A DNA stretch of 64,000 nucleotides from Candidatus Latescibacterota bacterium (GTDB lineage: Bacteria > Latescibacterota > UBA2968): positions 4,256,001 through 4,320,000 of the forward strand of contig OZ240241.1 in the NCBI GenBank assembly GCA_965198115.1, written 5' to 3'. Below the pieces are notes generated by a model. The model was not told the DNA's origin and did no database searches. It saw only the letters and a program-made list of their open reading frames with translations. Position 1 is the first letter of the stretch. Every line of letters begins with the position of its first letter. Of this stretch, positions 1 through 11,431 are shown piece by piece. Both the position numbers and the translations under genes were made by a program.

Positions 1-2
1 GC

Positions 3-2294
3 CTGTGTCGAAGCCCCCTCCGCCCATAGAGCTTCCAGCACCCGACCCGGCGACATCGGCAGGTCACGCATCCGGATTCCGATGGCCTGGTAGATCGCGT
101 TCGCGACTGCTGCTGGCGGCGGAACGATCGGTACTTCTCCAACCCCTCGAACGCCGTAGGGGTGCCCGGGGTTCGGCACCTCGACGAGCACCGTATCGAT
201 CATCGGCAAGTCCAGCGCCGTTGGCATACGGTAGTCGAGTAGGCTGGCGTTCGCCATCACCCCATCCTTCGTGTAGTAATATTCTTCGTTCAGCGCCCAA
301 CCCACGCCCTGAGCAACACCGCCTTGCATCTGGCCTTCGACATAACTCGGATGAATCGCGGTGCCCACATCCTGAATGATCGTCGCCCTGTCGATCTCCA
401 CCTTCCCCGTGTCCGGGTCGACCTCGACGTCGACGATCATCAGCGCCAACGCGTTGCCCGGCGTCTTCCCCGAGATGGCGCCCGTTCCGACAATCGCACC
501 GCCCGCACTCTTGTGGCGACTGGCGAATTCTTTGAAGTCCATCGACTTCGAGCTATCCGACTTAGATTTCACCACGCCGTCATCGTAATCGACGTCGTCC
601 TCGGAAATCTCCCAGATCTTGGCTGCCCGTTCGATGATCTTCTGTTGCATATCACGGGCGGCTTCGATGCCCGCGTAGCCCGTGGCAAAAGCCACACGGC
701 TGCCGCCGGTTCCATCGGTCTGGCCAATGGAATCCGTATCCGCGACCAGCGGATTTACCTGGTCGACCGGAATCCCGAGTGTTTCCGCGAATTGCATAGC
801 CACGGCCGTGCGAGTACCGCCAATGTCAGCCGATCCCTCGACCAACGTGACGGAGCCGTCCGGATTCAGATTCGCGACAACCGTAGACGTCCCACCCCCG
901 TTGAACCAGAATCCGCCGGCGACACCACGACCCTTGTTGGGACCTTCGAGAGGCGCTTTGTAATGGGGATGCTCCATCGCGGCCTTCACGACCTCTTCCT
1001 GTCCGATCTTCAGGAACACCGGCCCGTCTGCGCGACGCGTGCCCTCTTTTGACGAGTTCTTCAGCCTGAACTCGAGCGGGTCCATTCCGATTTCTTCGCA
1101 AATCTCGTCGATCACCGTTTCCGACGCGAAGGCTGCGTTCGTCGCCCCCGGAGCACGATACGCCGAACTCTGGGGTTTGTTCACGACCACGTCGTAGCCA
1201 TCGATCTGGGTGTGCTCGATGTTGTAAGGGGAGAAAATGCAACCTGCCCCAGCGCCCACGGCCGAACCCGGATAGGCACCCGCTTCGTAGATCATCTCGG
1301 CCGACGCGGCCAGCAGCGTGCCATCCTTCTTCGCTCCCATCTTGCATTTGATGTAGGAACCAGGTGTCGGGCCCGTTGCCTTGAGCACCTCTGTACGGGA
1401 CATCACCATCTTCACCGGCCGGTTCGTCATCCTGGACATCAGCGCCGCCGTCGGACCCTGATAGACGCGGAACTTGCCACCGAATCCGCCGCCAATCTCC
1501 TGCGGGATGACTTTGACATCCGCCACAGGGATACCCAGCAGATCGGAGAACTGCCCACGCACCTCGAACGGACCCTGTGAGCTCTGCCAAACGGTCACCT
1601 TGCCATCCTTGCCCCAGATCGCCGTGCAGTTGTGCGGTTCGATGTAGCCCTGATGAACCGTCGCCGTCCGAAACTCCCGCTCGATCACGACGTCGGACTC
1701 GGCGAAACCCTTTTCGATGTCCCCGTACTTGTGCTGGAAGTAGCTGGCGACGTTGCTGTGTTTGTCCGTCTGCTCGCCCAGCGACTTGGTCGTCAGGTCT
1801 TCGTGGAGAAGTGGTGCACCGTCCTCTTTCGCTTCGAGCACATCCATCACCGGGGGCAGGACCTCGTAATCGACTTCGATCAGAGTGAGGGCCTCTTCGG
1901 CGATGTTCGGGGACGTCGCGACGACGGCTGCGACTGCGTGCCCCTCGTAAAGCACCTTGTCCTTGGCCAGGACATTCGCGCTCAAATGCTCCGGAAGCAC
2001 CGATCCTTCACCCAGATCGGTCACCTTGTCCTCGAAGCTCTGCGCAAGATCTTTGTTCGTGATGACAGCTTTAACACCCTCGAGTGCTTCGGCTTTGCTC
2101 GTGTCGATCGACTTGATGCGTGCGTGGGCGTAAGGACTCCGCAGGGTCTTGCCGTGTAGACATCCGGGTGGGAGGACATCGGCGCCGTAACGAGCCGCCC
2201 CCGTGACCTTGTCCATCCCATCGTGTCGAATCGGGCGTGTACCGACGACCTTATAGTTCTCAACGCCGAGGTAGGGGTCCTTTTCCGTAGCCAT
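3..2294 (-). CDS. Xanthine dehydrogenase/CoxL-family molybdopterin-binding subunit (3' end runs off window)
   Basis: Manual translation from ATG 2294: MATEKDPYLG...DKVTGAARYGAD...LRSPYAHARI...VHQGYIEPH...IGGGFGGK...AYRAPG...GQMQGGVAQGVG...GVGEVP. The frame is open to the window edge, so it is absent from the ORF track. Confidence 0.93.
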   Translation of the reverse strand, partial: MATEKDPYLGVENYKVVGTRPIRHDGMDKVTGAARYGADVLPPGCLHGKTLRSPYAHARIKSIDTSKAEALEGVKAVITNKDLAQSFEDKVTDLGEGSVLPEHLSANVLAKDKVLYEGHAVAAVVATSPNIAEEALTLIEVDYEVLPPVMDVLEAKEDGAPLLHEDLTTKSLGEQTDKHSNVASYFQHKYGDIEKGFAESDVVIEREFRTATVHQGYIEPHNCTAIWGKDGKVTVWQSSQGPFEVRGQFSDLLGIPVADVKVIPQEIGGGFGGKFRVYQGPTAALMSRMTNRPVKMVMSRTEVLKATGPTPGSYIKCKMGAKKDGTLLAASAEMIYEAGAYPGSAVGAGAGCIFSPYNIEHTQIDGYDVVVNKPQSSAYRAPGATNAAFASETVIDEICEEIGMDPLEFRLKNSSKEGTRRADGPVFLKIGQEEVVKAAMEHPHYKAPLEGPNKGRGVAGGFWFNGGGTSTVVANLNPDGSVTLVEGSADIGGTRTAVAMQFAETLGIPVDQVNPLVADTDSIGQTDGTGGSRVAFATGYAGIEAARDMQQKIIERAAKIWEISEDDVDYDDGVVKSKSDSSKSMDFKEFASRHKSAGGAIVGTGAISGKTPGNALALMIVDVEVDPDTGKVEIDRATIIQDVGTAIHPSYVEGQMQGGVAQGVGWALNEEYYYTKDGVMANASLLDYRMPTALDLPMIDTVLVEVPNPGHPYGVRGVGEVPIVPPPAAVANAIYQAIGIRMRDLPMSPGRVLEALWAEGASTQ

Positions 2295-2364
2295 ACGGTT
2301 GATTCCTTATATAGAGTCTGCTAATCCGAGTCACAATGAAGAGTAAGGGAATACATAGCCAGCG

Positions 2365-4036
2365 TCAACGCACGCGATCGGACACGTCCGTACGCGTTGC
2401 CACCCCGGCGTGGGCCCGATCCTTGAGGGGGTTCGATCTCACGACTGGAATGTGAATCAGCGTAGGGACCTCTGCGCCGATCGCCGTCAGAATCGCGGGC
2501 AGAATGGCTTCCGGTTCGTCGATCCGCATCGCCTCGGCACCGAACGACCGCGCCATCCCCACGTAGTCGATCGGGCCGAGCTCGCTCGTGATCCCCCGTC
2601 CAAAGTGGCCTTCGTGACCAGTCAGCGTGATGCCCCACGCCTCATCGTCTGCCAGGACGAGCACGAAAGGCAAGCCCTGACGCGTGGCCGATTCGAGTTC
2701 GGCGACCGTGAAGGTCAGCGCCCCGTCGCCCGAAAGCAGAATGACGGGATGGTCCGGATCGTTCAACCTTGCGGCCATCGCGCCGGCAATCCCATACCCC
2801 ACCACACCGCTGGTACCGCACGTCAGCCAGTGCCCCGGGTAGCGATCGTTCAGCACCTGGTGTGCCCACTGGCCGATGTTGCCGCCGTCGATGATGAGGG
2901 TCGTGTCGGCCGTCATCGCCTCGCCGATCGCCTCGACCACATCCAGCGCGTGGCATCCCTCGTCCGGCCTGACGGCCGAAACCACCTGATCGCGATGCGT
3001 CTGCTTGCGGCCTTGGGCCTCGATCAGCCAATCGGTCTTCGGCACGACGAATTCGCACGTCACGTCAAGGTCGCGCAGAAATGCTGCCGGACTCGCGTTG
3101 ACCGTAACGTGAGCACCCGTCCCCTGATCCAATTCGGCCGGATCCGCGTCGACGCGCACGATCGCGGCATTCTCGTCCACTGTCGGTGGTTGCAGATAGC
3201 CCAGGCAGTAGTCGCTGCGCGCACCAAGAACGAGGATCAGATCCGCATCGGCCAGGATCTCGGGGCCTCCCGTGGCCGAACCGATCACACCGACGTAGGA
3301 GCCGTGTTCCTTCGGGAAGCTTCCCCGGTCCCAAATTGGAACCATCGCAGGAATCGCGAACCGATCGCAGAACGACGCCAGGGCGCGTTCACCTTTCGCG
3401 TAGTAGACGCCGCCGCCGGCCACTACAACGGGGCGCTCCGCCTCCGCCACCATCGACGGCGACGCGACTCAGCTCCGATGGGCCTGGCTGACTTTCCGGC
3501 ACTGAAATCGGACGGTGTACGTGAATACCACCCAGCGGGGCCTCACCCTGCTGCACGTCGAGCGGGAACGTGAGATGCACGGGACCCGGCCGCCCTGAGA
3601 TGGCCGCAGAGAAAGCCTCGTGCAGATACTGGCCGATGCGTTCGGGTCGATCGATCAGCTTCGAGTATTTGCAGATCGGATCTGCCAGAGCGACCTGATC
3701 GAGGTCCTGGAAGTGACCCAGACCGATCGTTTCACGGGGGCCGCTGCCCGTGATCAACAGCATCGGCGCACCGTCGAAGTGGGCGTTCACCACACCCGTC
3801 ATCGCATTGACGTGTGCCACACCGCTGCTGACGGCACACACACCGACCTTGCGAGACAAACGGCCGGTGGCTTCGGCGATGTAGCCGGCTGTTTGCTCGT
3901 TCCGCACGTCGACCATCCGGATTCCCGTCCGGTCGAGCGCCTCGTCCAGCGGATCCATTCCGTGACCGCACAACGTGGCCACGTGACGAACACCCCGTCG
4001 CCTCAATTCTCGAGCGAGTAATTCAGCACCATTCAT
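2365..4036 (-). CDS. Thiamine-pyrophosphate-binding enzyme (acetolactate synthase / 2-hydroxyacyl-CoA lyase-like), frameshift near 3455
   Basis: N-half 3389..4036 (MNGAELL...DVRNEQTAG...GRPGPVHL) and C-half 2365..3453 (GDGA TPP motif) join with one indel. Confidence 0.85.
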
Positions 4037-4165
4037 AGTGAGTGAGAAGGGAAAAGAGAGTAGGCAGCAGGAAACCCCTGGTTCTTCCCGTTTGGTGACC
4101 CTGCCGGGAAGAGCCTTGCCACTCTCAGATGTCTGAAGTCGTACATCGGATCTCGGATATCGCTT

Positions 4166-5224
4166 CTACTTGATGGAAACTTCCTTACCTCGTTCGGCGC
4201 TCGCGTAAATGCCATCCATCATCTTCTGCACCATCAATCCGTGTTCTGCGGGCGCCATCGTGGGTTTACCGTAAAGGGAGTGATCCACAAAGTTGCGCAT
4301 CTTGATGCCAAAAATCGAGCCGAAATCCTGATTCCGGGGGAGCCAGCCCGGCTCGCTGTTGATCATATATCCATTGTCGTCCGTGTAAAGCTGAATCGGA
4401 TCGAAGTTGGCGCCACCCTTCTCTCCCATCAGCTGGAAGTTCGAGAAGTTCTTCTCGATGTGAGCCGCAAAGCTCGACTCGACGTGGAGGGTCGCGCCGT
4501 TCTCGAACCGGATCTGCCCCACCGCCAGGTCTTCGACCGTATACGTCTTGTGATCCCAGTTGGGCCACTGACAGGCGACGTTCGACTTTCGATTCCCCAG
4601 GTAAGTGTAAACACTTCCGCTCGCGGCCACCGGCCTGGGCGATCCCATCACGTAGTGTGTCACCTCCAGAACGTGCACACCAATGTCGATCAGGGGGCCC
4701 CCGCCCTGCAACTCCTTTCGACCGAACACGCCCCAATTGGGGATGCCCCGGCGTCGCAGGGCCTGTACGCGACCAAAGAGCACCGACCCCAAACGACCCG
4801 AATCGACCGCGTTTTTCATGAATTGTGCTCTCGGGTCGAATCGCTGCTGAAAGCCGATCACGAGCTTTTGCCCCGTCTTGTCTGCCGTGTCGAGCATCCG
4901 CTGACCTTCTCGCGCGTTCATCGCGAGCGGCTTTTCCACCAGCACATCGGCACCCGCCCGCAACGCGGCGATACTCGCCTCTGCGTGCAACCCATTGGGT
5001 GTGCAAACGCTTACAGCGTCGGGCCCGACCTTCCGCAGCATCTCCTTGTAGTCGGTGAACGCGTCCTGGATGTCGTATTCCTTCCCCCACCGCGCCATCC
5101 CTTCCGTCGAGATGTCGGCCATCGCCACCATCTCGACGTCGTCCATCAACGCGTACTGCTTCATATGGGCGCCTGCGATGCCCCCCGCACCGATAAAGGC
5201 CACCCTCAACTTCCTCTTCGCCAT
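4166..5224 (-). CDS. Gfo/Idh/MocA family oxidoreductase
   Basis: GAGGIA Rossmann motif, VEKP, GGPLIDIGVH. Confidence 0.93.
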   Translation of the reverse strand: MAKRKLRVAFIGAGGIAGAHMKQYALMDDVEMVAMADISTEGMARWGKEYDIQDAFTDYKEMLRKVGPDAVSVCTPNGLHAEASIAALRAGADVLVEKPLAMNAREGQRMLDTADKTGQKLVIGFQQRFDPRAQFMKNAVDSGRLGSVLFGRVQALRRRGIPNWGVFGRKELQGGGPLIDIGVHVLEVTHYVMGSPRPVAASGSVYTYLGNRKSNVACQWPNWDHKTYTVEDLAVGQIRFENGATLHVESSFAAHIEKNFSNFQLMGEKGGANFDPIQLYTDDNGYMINSEPGWLPRNQDFGSIFGIKMRNFVDHSLYGKPTMAPAEHGLMVQKMMDGIYASAERGKEVSIK

Positions 5225-5259
5225 CTCTTCCTTTCGTCAACGACATCCGACGCATCGCG

Positions 5260-6570
5260 TCAACGTCTGTCCAGGTCTCTCAATGCCGCGCGACACAGGG
5301 CCATAAACTCTTTCTCAGATTTCTCCGCAAAGGGAGCCGGTAAGAAATAGGCCATATGCGACGTGTCACCCTCATAGCCGCCCTCGCGGATCAAGCGCGC
5401 CGAACTGATGTAACCCGGACAGGCGTTCGTGTAGGCGGCGGTGGCTACGGGTCCTTCCACAAGCGACCGGGTCGCCACACCCAAATCCGCACAGACTTCC
5501 CCTTCCAACCAGAACTGCGTGAAGTGACCGAGCCGCCACGCCTGAACGTCGTATTCGACCGCCTTTCGCGTGTCCGGATAGGCGATCGACTGCCGCGCCC
5601 ACCACGTCAGGTGTGAGCTGTTGGCGCCCGCCATCGCCTGATCCCGCAGCGCGGCCCTCGATCGTGGACGTTTCAGACTCAGGGATCCGGATACGAGGGT
5701 CGTTTTCAGGCAGGCCTCGAGGGGTTTGAGCTGCGCATCCTCGAGGAGCCTCACCACGTACCGACCGAGTCGGACACCGACTCGTCTGCTACGCACCGGA
5801 TCGCGCGCCAGGGCGTAGTTGCCGGAAACGGGGTCACGATAGTAAGGGTTCGCGTCCGCGCCGCATCCCTTGACGAAGACGGCCCGGGCATCGGCGACCC
5901 GAGACTCGATGTGCCTTCGCATCGCCCCCGGCCAGTCGGGCGACCACTTGGGGTAGGGGCCGGAGCTCGTCGGATGACAGGCGTGATTCACCACGATCAC
6001 GTCCCGCGGTGAGCGTCGGCGCCGCATCCTCAAAACCGGTGTGTGACGATCGTAAATGCCGGCCGGATTGGGTCCCCCACGCACACAGTCGGCCGTCACC
6101 CGCCGTCTGTTCATCCCGATCTGCGCTTCGGTTTCCCCGAACTCGATCCGTGCTGGCGAAAGATTGCGAACGGCCTCGTCCACCAGGTCCATCAAAGCGT
6201 TCTCGAGCCGCGCCAGATACCAGACGTTCAGGCCGCCGACCGAGAAGTTCAGGCCGTAGTTGACAGCGGGGCCACAGTGCGTGTGAGAACACGGGAACGC
6301 AACCGCCGCCGGCGCGATCCCGTGGGAGGACTCGATCCTGTGACGAAAGGCATCGACCAGAACACGGGCGTAGCCGAGGACATCGCTCGCCACGATCGCC
6401 GCGCGATGCCCTTCCGCGTCCTCGACAACGATCGCCTGTGCCCGCAGCGGGGACACGACGCCTGTCGCGTAGCGCTCCGAACCGAACCCCGACGGCAGTG
6501 CCTCGCCGGGAGCGGGCGTGATGTCTTTCTCTGCGTAACCGACTTTCCACCTCAATCCAGCCACACTCAC
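5260..6570 (-). CDS. Neutral/alkaline ceramidase-like amidohydrolase
   Basis: DITP, CSHTHCGP, NRR, NHACHPT, GCGAD and GGYE motifs. Confidence 0.75.
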   Translation of the reverse strand: MSVAGLRWKVGYAEKDITPAPGEALPSGFGSERYATGVVSPLRAQAIVVEDAEGHRAAIVASDVLGYARVLVDAFRHRIESSHGIAPAAVAFPCSHTHCGPAVNYGLNFSVGGLNVWYLARLENALMDLVDEAVRNLSPARIEFGETEAQIGMNRRRVTADCVRGGPNPAGIYDRHTPVLRMRRRRSPRDVIVVNHACHPTSSGPYPKWSPDWPGAMRRHIESRVADARAVFVKGCGADANPYYRDPVSGNYALARDPVRSRRVGVRLGRYVVRLLEDAQLKPLEACLKTTLVSGSLSLKRPRSRAALRDQAMAGANSSHLTWWARQSIAYPDTRKAVEYDVQAWRLGHFTQFWLEGEVCADLGVATRSLVEGPVATAAYTNACPGYISSARLIREGGYEGDTSHMAYFLPAPFAEKSEKEFMALCRAALRDLDRR

Positions 6571-6616
6571 CTCGTTTCCGATTTCAATGAAACGCGGGCG
6601 TCACACCGACGCAAAC

Positions 6617-6648
6617 GAAAAGCCCCGAGCAAATGCCCGGGGCTTCCA
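6617..6648 (-). terminator. Intrinsic terminator-like hairpin
   Basis: AAGCCCCGAGC..GCCCGGGGCTT stem with a T-run on the minus strand, downstream of the dioxygenase gene. Confidence 0.55.
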
Positions 6649-6685
6649 ACTCACCACTGCTTGTCTTGGGTTCACCTTCCACCCA

Positions 6686-7432
6686 CTAGGCCACCTTCAC
6701 GACATAGGGATTCCCACCCTTCACTCGCTCCAATCCCAGGAGCTGACGTCGGATCGGATCGGTCACCCGCTGGTCCAGGCGCTGCGCCTGCTCGATCGTC
6801 GACGCGTATTGCTTGAACCAGAAAGGCACATAATTGTAAATGAGGCAGATGCGAGGATTCAGACTCGAATTCGTCATCGCCGTGTGCCAGAGCCGCGTGT
6901 CGAAGATCACAGCCGTCCCGGCTTTCGCGGCCATTTTGACGTGTCCTGGCATCTCCTCGGGCTTCTCGAACTTGGGGATATCCTCAACCGAACGATGTTT
7001 GCCGGGCACGAACGAAGTGCATCCGCCATCTTCGACCACATCGAACAGGTAGTAGAAGAGCTTACTCTTGAGCGCGTAATGAGGATGACTCCAGGGCGGA
7101 CAGTCCTTGTGCCAGTTGGTGTAAGACTTCGGGTTGGGTGGATAAGTCCTGGCCTGGATCCCCATCAATTGTATGTCGGGCCCGATGATTTCCTCCATCA
7201 GCGGGAACGTCGACTCGTAATGCATCAGATCCAGAAAGATGTCGTCTCGTTCGAGGATGTTGGGAATATCGAAGAACCCCCTCGGACATCCATCGGCTTC
7301 CCATTCGACGCGCGTCTCGGCCTGCCCTTCGAGAAAGACTTTCTGCACGCGCTCGAGGTCGGCCCCCTGGATGGCGTTTTCGATCATCACGTAGCCGCTC
7401 GAATCGAAAAACTCGCGCTGCTCCGGCGTCAT
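6686..7432 (-). CDS. Phytanoyl-CoA dioxygenase (PhyH) family Fe(II)/2OG enzyme
   Basis: MTPEQREFFDSSGY start; WHKD...WHT facial-triad motifs. Confidence 0.88.
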   Translation of the reverse strand: MTPEQREFFDSSGYVMIENAIQGADLERVQKVFLEGQAETRVEWEADGCPRGFFDIPNILERDDIFLDLMHYESTFPLMEEIIGPDIQLMGIQARTYPPNPKSYTNWHKDCPPWSHPHYALKSKLFYYLFDVVEDGGCTSFVPGKHRSVEDIPKFEKPEEMPGHVKMAAKAGTAVIFDTRLWHTAMTNSSLNPRICLIYNYVPFWFKQYASTIEQAQRLDQRVTDPIRRQLLGLERVKGGNPYVVKVA

Positions 7433-7955
7433 TACGCGTCCCCCTTTTTGAGATCCAGTCGATAGCGAACGAGGATCCGACCGGTTCCCGACCGTCGTCG
7501 AATTGTTCCTGTTCCTCGAAACCTGCGCTCAAATACATCCGCCGTGCCGGCTCGAAGAACGGGTGCGTCCCGGTGACGACGACCATCTGTTGAATGCTCT
7601 TTCCGTGGATTCGTCTCAGAATTCCGTGCTGTGCAAGGCCCAACCCCTTGCCCCCGTGCCTCGGGAGGACGCAGTTCCGCCCGACCGTCGCCGTGTCGAA
7701 CTGCTGGTAATACGACGCGAACCCTGCAGGCTCGCCGTCAACGATCGTCAGAAAAACTTCATCCTCCGGATCCTCGGCAAGTTCGTCGAAAATCTCATCG
7801 TCGAATTTTTGCCAGTCGCTCCTGTCAGGAACCCAGGGAGGCTCGTTCAAGATTTCGAGCCGGCGATAGGTTTCCGCCAAAAGGCTCGACAGGATGCCGC
7901 GGTCGCACGGTTCGATGTCCCTGAAAGTCAGATTCACGATCGGCCTGCCGAGCAA
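7432..7955 (-). CDS. GNAT family N-acetyltransferase, probably frameshifted
   Basis: VLPRHGGKGLG motif A and ARRMYLSAGF. The track ORF overruns into the next gene; a TAA overlapping the PhyH ATG at 7432-7434 is the likely true stop. Confidence 0.6.
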
Positions 7956-8089
7956 ATGGGTTTCAACTCACGAGCAACTCAAGATAGGACATTCACTGGA
8001 AGACCACCAACCCGCGCCCCGATGTCGATCGGTCGCGTGATCGATCCGGCCGTGCAAAGACACCGGTCGGCAACCGGGAAATGAATCCT

Positions 8090-11000
8090 CTACGGCGGGT
8101 TCCATCGAATGGCGACAGCCGTCACATCGTCGAGTTGAGAGGCACTTCCCTGGAAGGCATTGAGATCGGAAACCAGTGCATCGAGTACACGATCGGCTTC
8201 CATCCCTCCCACTTTCCCGAACATCTCGATCAACCGCTCCTCGCCGTAAAAGTCCTCCGCCTCGTTGGCCAGATCCGTCACCCCATCGCTGTAGAGGAGC
8301 AGCGTATCCCCGGGGGCGAGCGCCACACGCTCCTCTGCGACGTTGTGCTTGGATCCGAAGGGTAACGTCAGTCCGAGTGGAATCGAAGGCATCGCGATCG
8401 ACTCGACTTCGCCCGTTGCCACACGATGAACGAGGGGATATGGATGCCCCGCGTTGGCCAGATCCACCAGTCCCGATTCCACATCGAGCGACACCAGACA
8501 CCCGGTCACGAACGACTCGTCGTCCAGGTGGTCGAGCAGCGACCAGTGCAATCCTCGGAGAACCTGTGCGGGCGATCGATCGGGTCTCAGCTCGTATCGA
8601 TACATACCGCTCAGCTGCATCACCCGCACCGCCGCCTTCATCGCCTTGCCCGACACGTCGGCCGCGCCACACACGAACGCCCTTCGGTCCCCGTCGACCC
8701 AGTCGAAGCTGTAGAAATCTCCCCCTACGTGGTTGGCCGGCAGACAACGTCCTGCCGCTTCGATCTGCTCCGTCACGATCGGCTCGAGGGGCAGAAGACC
8801 CATTTGCATTTCGTGGGCCTCCTGCAGTTCCGATTCCAGATCCAGGACCAGTTTCTCCTGGGCGGCACGCCAATCCCTGTGGCGGCGGATGGCTGTAGTC
8901 GTCGACACGCCGACCGCGATCAGTCCGAACACCGACAGAGCCAGGAACCAGGGCCTCAACCAGACGGGCGCGAGTACGTCGAACGTCACCTTCGCCGGAC
9001 TGGGATCGAAATTGAATTGCCGATCGATCGCCCGCGTCTCGAACGTATGCATACCGGGTTCCAACCGATCGAACAGAACCTGACGATCCCCCGTGTAGGG
9101 CGACCAGGCCCCCTCGTCAAGCCGCCAGGAAAAGAGCAGTTCCCGGTCGGGTGTCCCGAGCCAGCTGTCGTGACCGCCCAGACGGAGGTAGACGGGTTCG
9201 CTCGGGGCAACCCTCGTGATGGGATCGATCACGTAGGTTTCGGGGGGTTCTGATCCGGCTCATAACAGCCCAACCCCTGGTCCGTCGAAAACCACAGATT
9301 TCCGTGCCGATCCTCGGCCACATCCCACACAAGCGTGCTCGGGATGCCACTACGGGCACCGTATCGCATCGACGTCAATCCATCTGTGTGAATCGCCCCA
9401 TCCAGAATGCTCGACAGCCACAGGGTCCCATCGGATGCCACGAACATCGAACGAACCCCGTCATACCCCGTCGCCCCACCTTCCGGCATCGTCGTCCATT
9501 GCTCGCCAGACAATCGCCAGACACCCGCCAGGAACGAAACCCAGATCTCGCCGTTCGGGCGCTCGACCACGGCCTCGGGTCCCCCCAGACCGAAGGACGA
9601 TACCTCCTCGACTCGTGAAAGATCCCCTGATCGATACCTGTAGAGATCCCCACGCCGAGCCACAGGTCACCGTTCGAGTCCTCCAACAGAACCCGTGACG
9701 GTTGGTCGACTTCGATGTCCGCTCGGACCAGTGTCTGACCATCGTGCACGAACACTCCATCTCGCCCCGATAGCCAGCACCCGCCCGCTCGTCTCGGCGC
9801 AATGAACCGGAGGCTGCTACGCCGGCCTCTCCCGATACCGCGATCGACTAAACGCCACCCCTCGACGTCCAGGACCCAAATGTCGCGGGCGCCCAGAGCC
9901 CAATAACGATCCTTCGTATCCGGAAACGAGATCGAAGACCGGCTGGGGACGGGCGAATGGAAGAACGAGCTCCCATCCTTGGCCGCCGGCACGAAAGAGG
10001 CCACGGCTCGTCGACGCCCAGAGGTCGCCGTCCGCTGACCGTTCGATACGCACCGGGAACCGCTGCTCACTGAAGGGAGTTCGATGAACCACCCATCCCG
10101 TCGGAGCGTAGCGAGCCACCCCACCCCGGGTCCCGATCCACGTCGTTCCATCCGAAGCAACCAGAACCGCCATCACGCCGTTGCTCGGAAGCGCATTCTG
10201 TTCCGTGAAACTGTCGAACGCGACTTGGCCGGGTCCTCGTCTTGCCACGCCCATCGGCGTACCGACCCAGACCGTCCCATCCGGTCCTGTCGCCAGGGCG
10301 TCGATCGTGTTCGACGGCAACCCATCGTCTACGGTAAACGTCGTCCACCCCTCAACCTGCCGCGAGGTGCTTCGGTCCTCGGAGTCCGACGAGCTTGTCC
10401 CGGACGAGACCGCGGGTGATTCGAGCTGTGAGTCGTACATCAGCAATCCCGCGGTTTTCGTCCCGAACCAAAGACGACGACGCGCATCGGAAGCCACGGA
10501 GATGACATCCAACCTCGCCAGGGGTACCGGATCCCAACTCGACCATACCCCACTTGGATCACGCTTGCTGAGATGCGTCGAGGGCGGACCGGGTCCTCGC
10601 AACCCGTGAACGAGAAACACCGTGCCATCATTAAACACGGTTGCACACTCTACGTCGTCGGAATTCAAGCCATCCCGCGTCGTCAGCCGTTCGAGCCGGC
10701 CACCCTCGCCCTCTATGGAGAGACCCGCGCCACGCGTTCCGATGGCAGTCGCTCCCCCCACCGTGAAGAGCTCCCCAACGAGCGGACGCCGGCGATCGCC
10801 TCCCAGCGTGACGGGCACCCATCGGTCGTCTTGCCGATAAGCGACCCAACCCTGTCTGAATCCTCGAAACCCTTCCCCCGACGCAGCCCAGGGACGCCCG
10901 TTGCTGTCGATCATCAGGTGCGTCACCAATGCGCCGGGCAGACCGTTTGCTTCGGTGTGGTGAGTCCACTCGACGCCGTCGTACCGACTGACTCCATAGG

Positions 11001-11160
11001 CTCCACCGAACCAAATGGCGCCATCGGGTGCCTCGGCGATCGATGTGACGAAGTTGTGGAGCAGACCCTGTTCCCGACGGAAAGTGGACCAGGCGTGCGT
11101 CGGAATCTGGGACTCAACATCCGATGGAATCAGGGACAGGAGGCACAGCAGGAAGGACAT
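8090..11160 (-). CDS. Sensor phosphatase: two-component-regulator beta-propeller + Y_Y_Y-like domain + TM + SpoIIE/PP2C; split by about 3 frameshifts
   Basis: Propeller repeats (GLPSNTIDALATGPDGTVWVGT), TM WLRPWFLALSVFGLIAVG, PP2C motifs VGGDFY, DVSGK, NAGHP, YSDG, DDVT. RBS AGGAG before ATG 11160. Confidence 0.85.
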
Positions 11161-11327
11161 CGATGCTCCTTTGGTCAATCGGCAAGCCTTGCGAAAGATA
11201 ACTAAATGGATCCCGTATCCGGAATCGATCGGTTCCGCCACTTTCCCGACGCATTAACCTAGGGAGCAAGGAACGAGATCGATCGGAATCCGGCTGACTG
11301 TAGCCGCGCCCGGAAGTCTGTGGTCCC

Positions 11328-11351
11328 AAAAGTGGCCCCGGGGCCACTTTT
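11328..11351. repeat. Perfect 24-bp palindrome AAAAGTGGCCCCGGGGCCACTTTT
   Basis: Seen directly in the intergenic region; likely a terminator or binding site. Confidence 0.7.
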
Positions 11352-11431
11352 CTCCCTCCGATCACTTGGAGGTCATCTCCCTCGGCGGAAACGCAGGATC
11401 ATCGAAAATTCCGCAGCCTGATCGGTTCGTT

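Noticed and set aside
324-2159. Long plus-strand ORFs here, and similar ones such as 2410..3573, 4241..5350 and 26336..28099
   Set aside because: Antisense shadow ORFs of real genes in high-GC DNA, with no recognisable motifs.
4040-4165. TPP riboswitch or group II intron end
   Set aside because: CUGAGA is present but ACCUGAU and the domain V consensus are missing.
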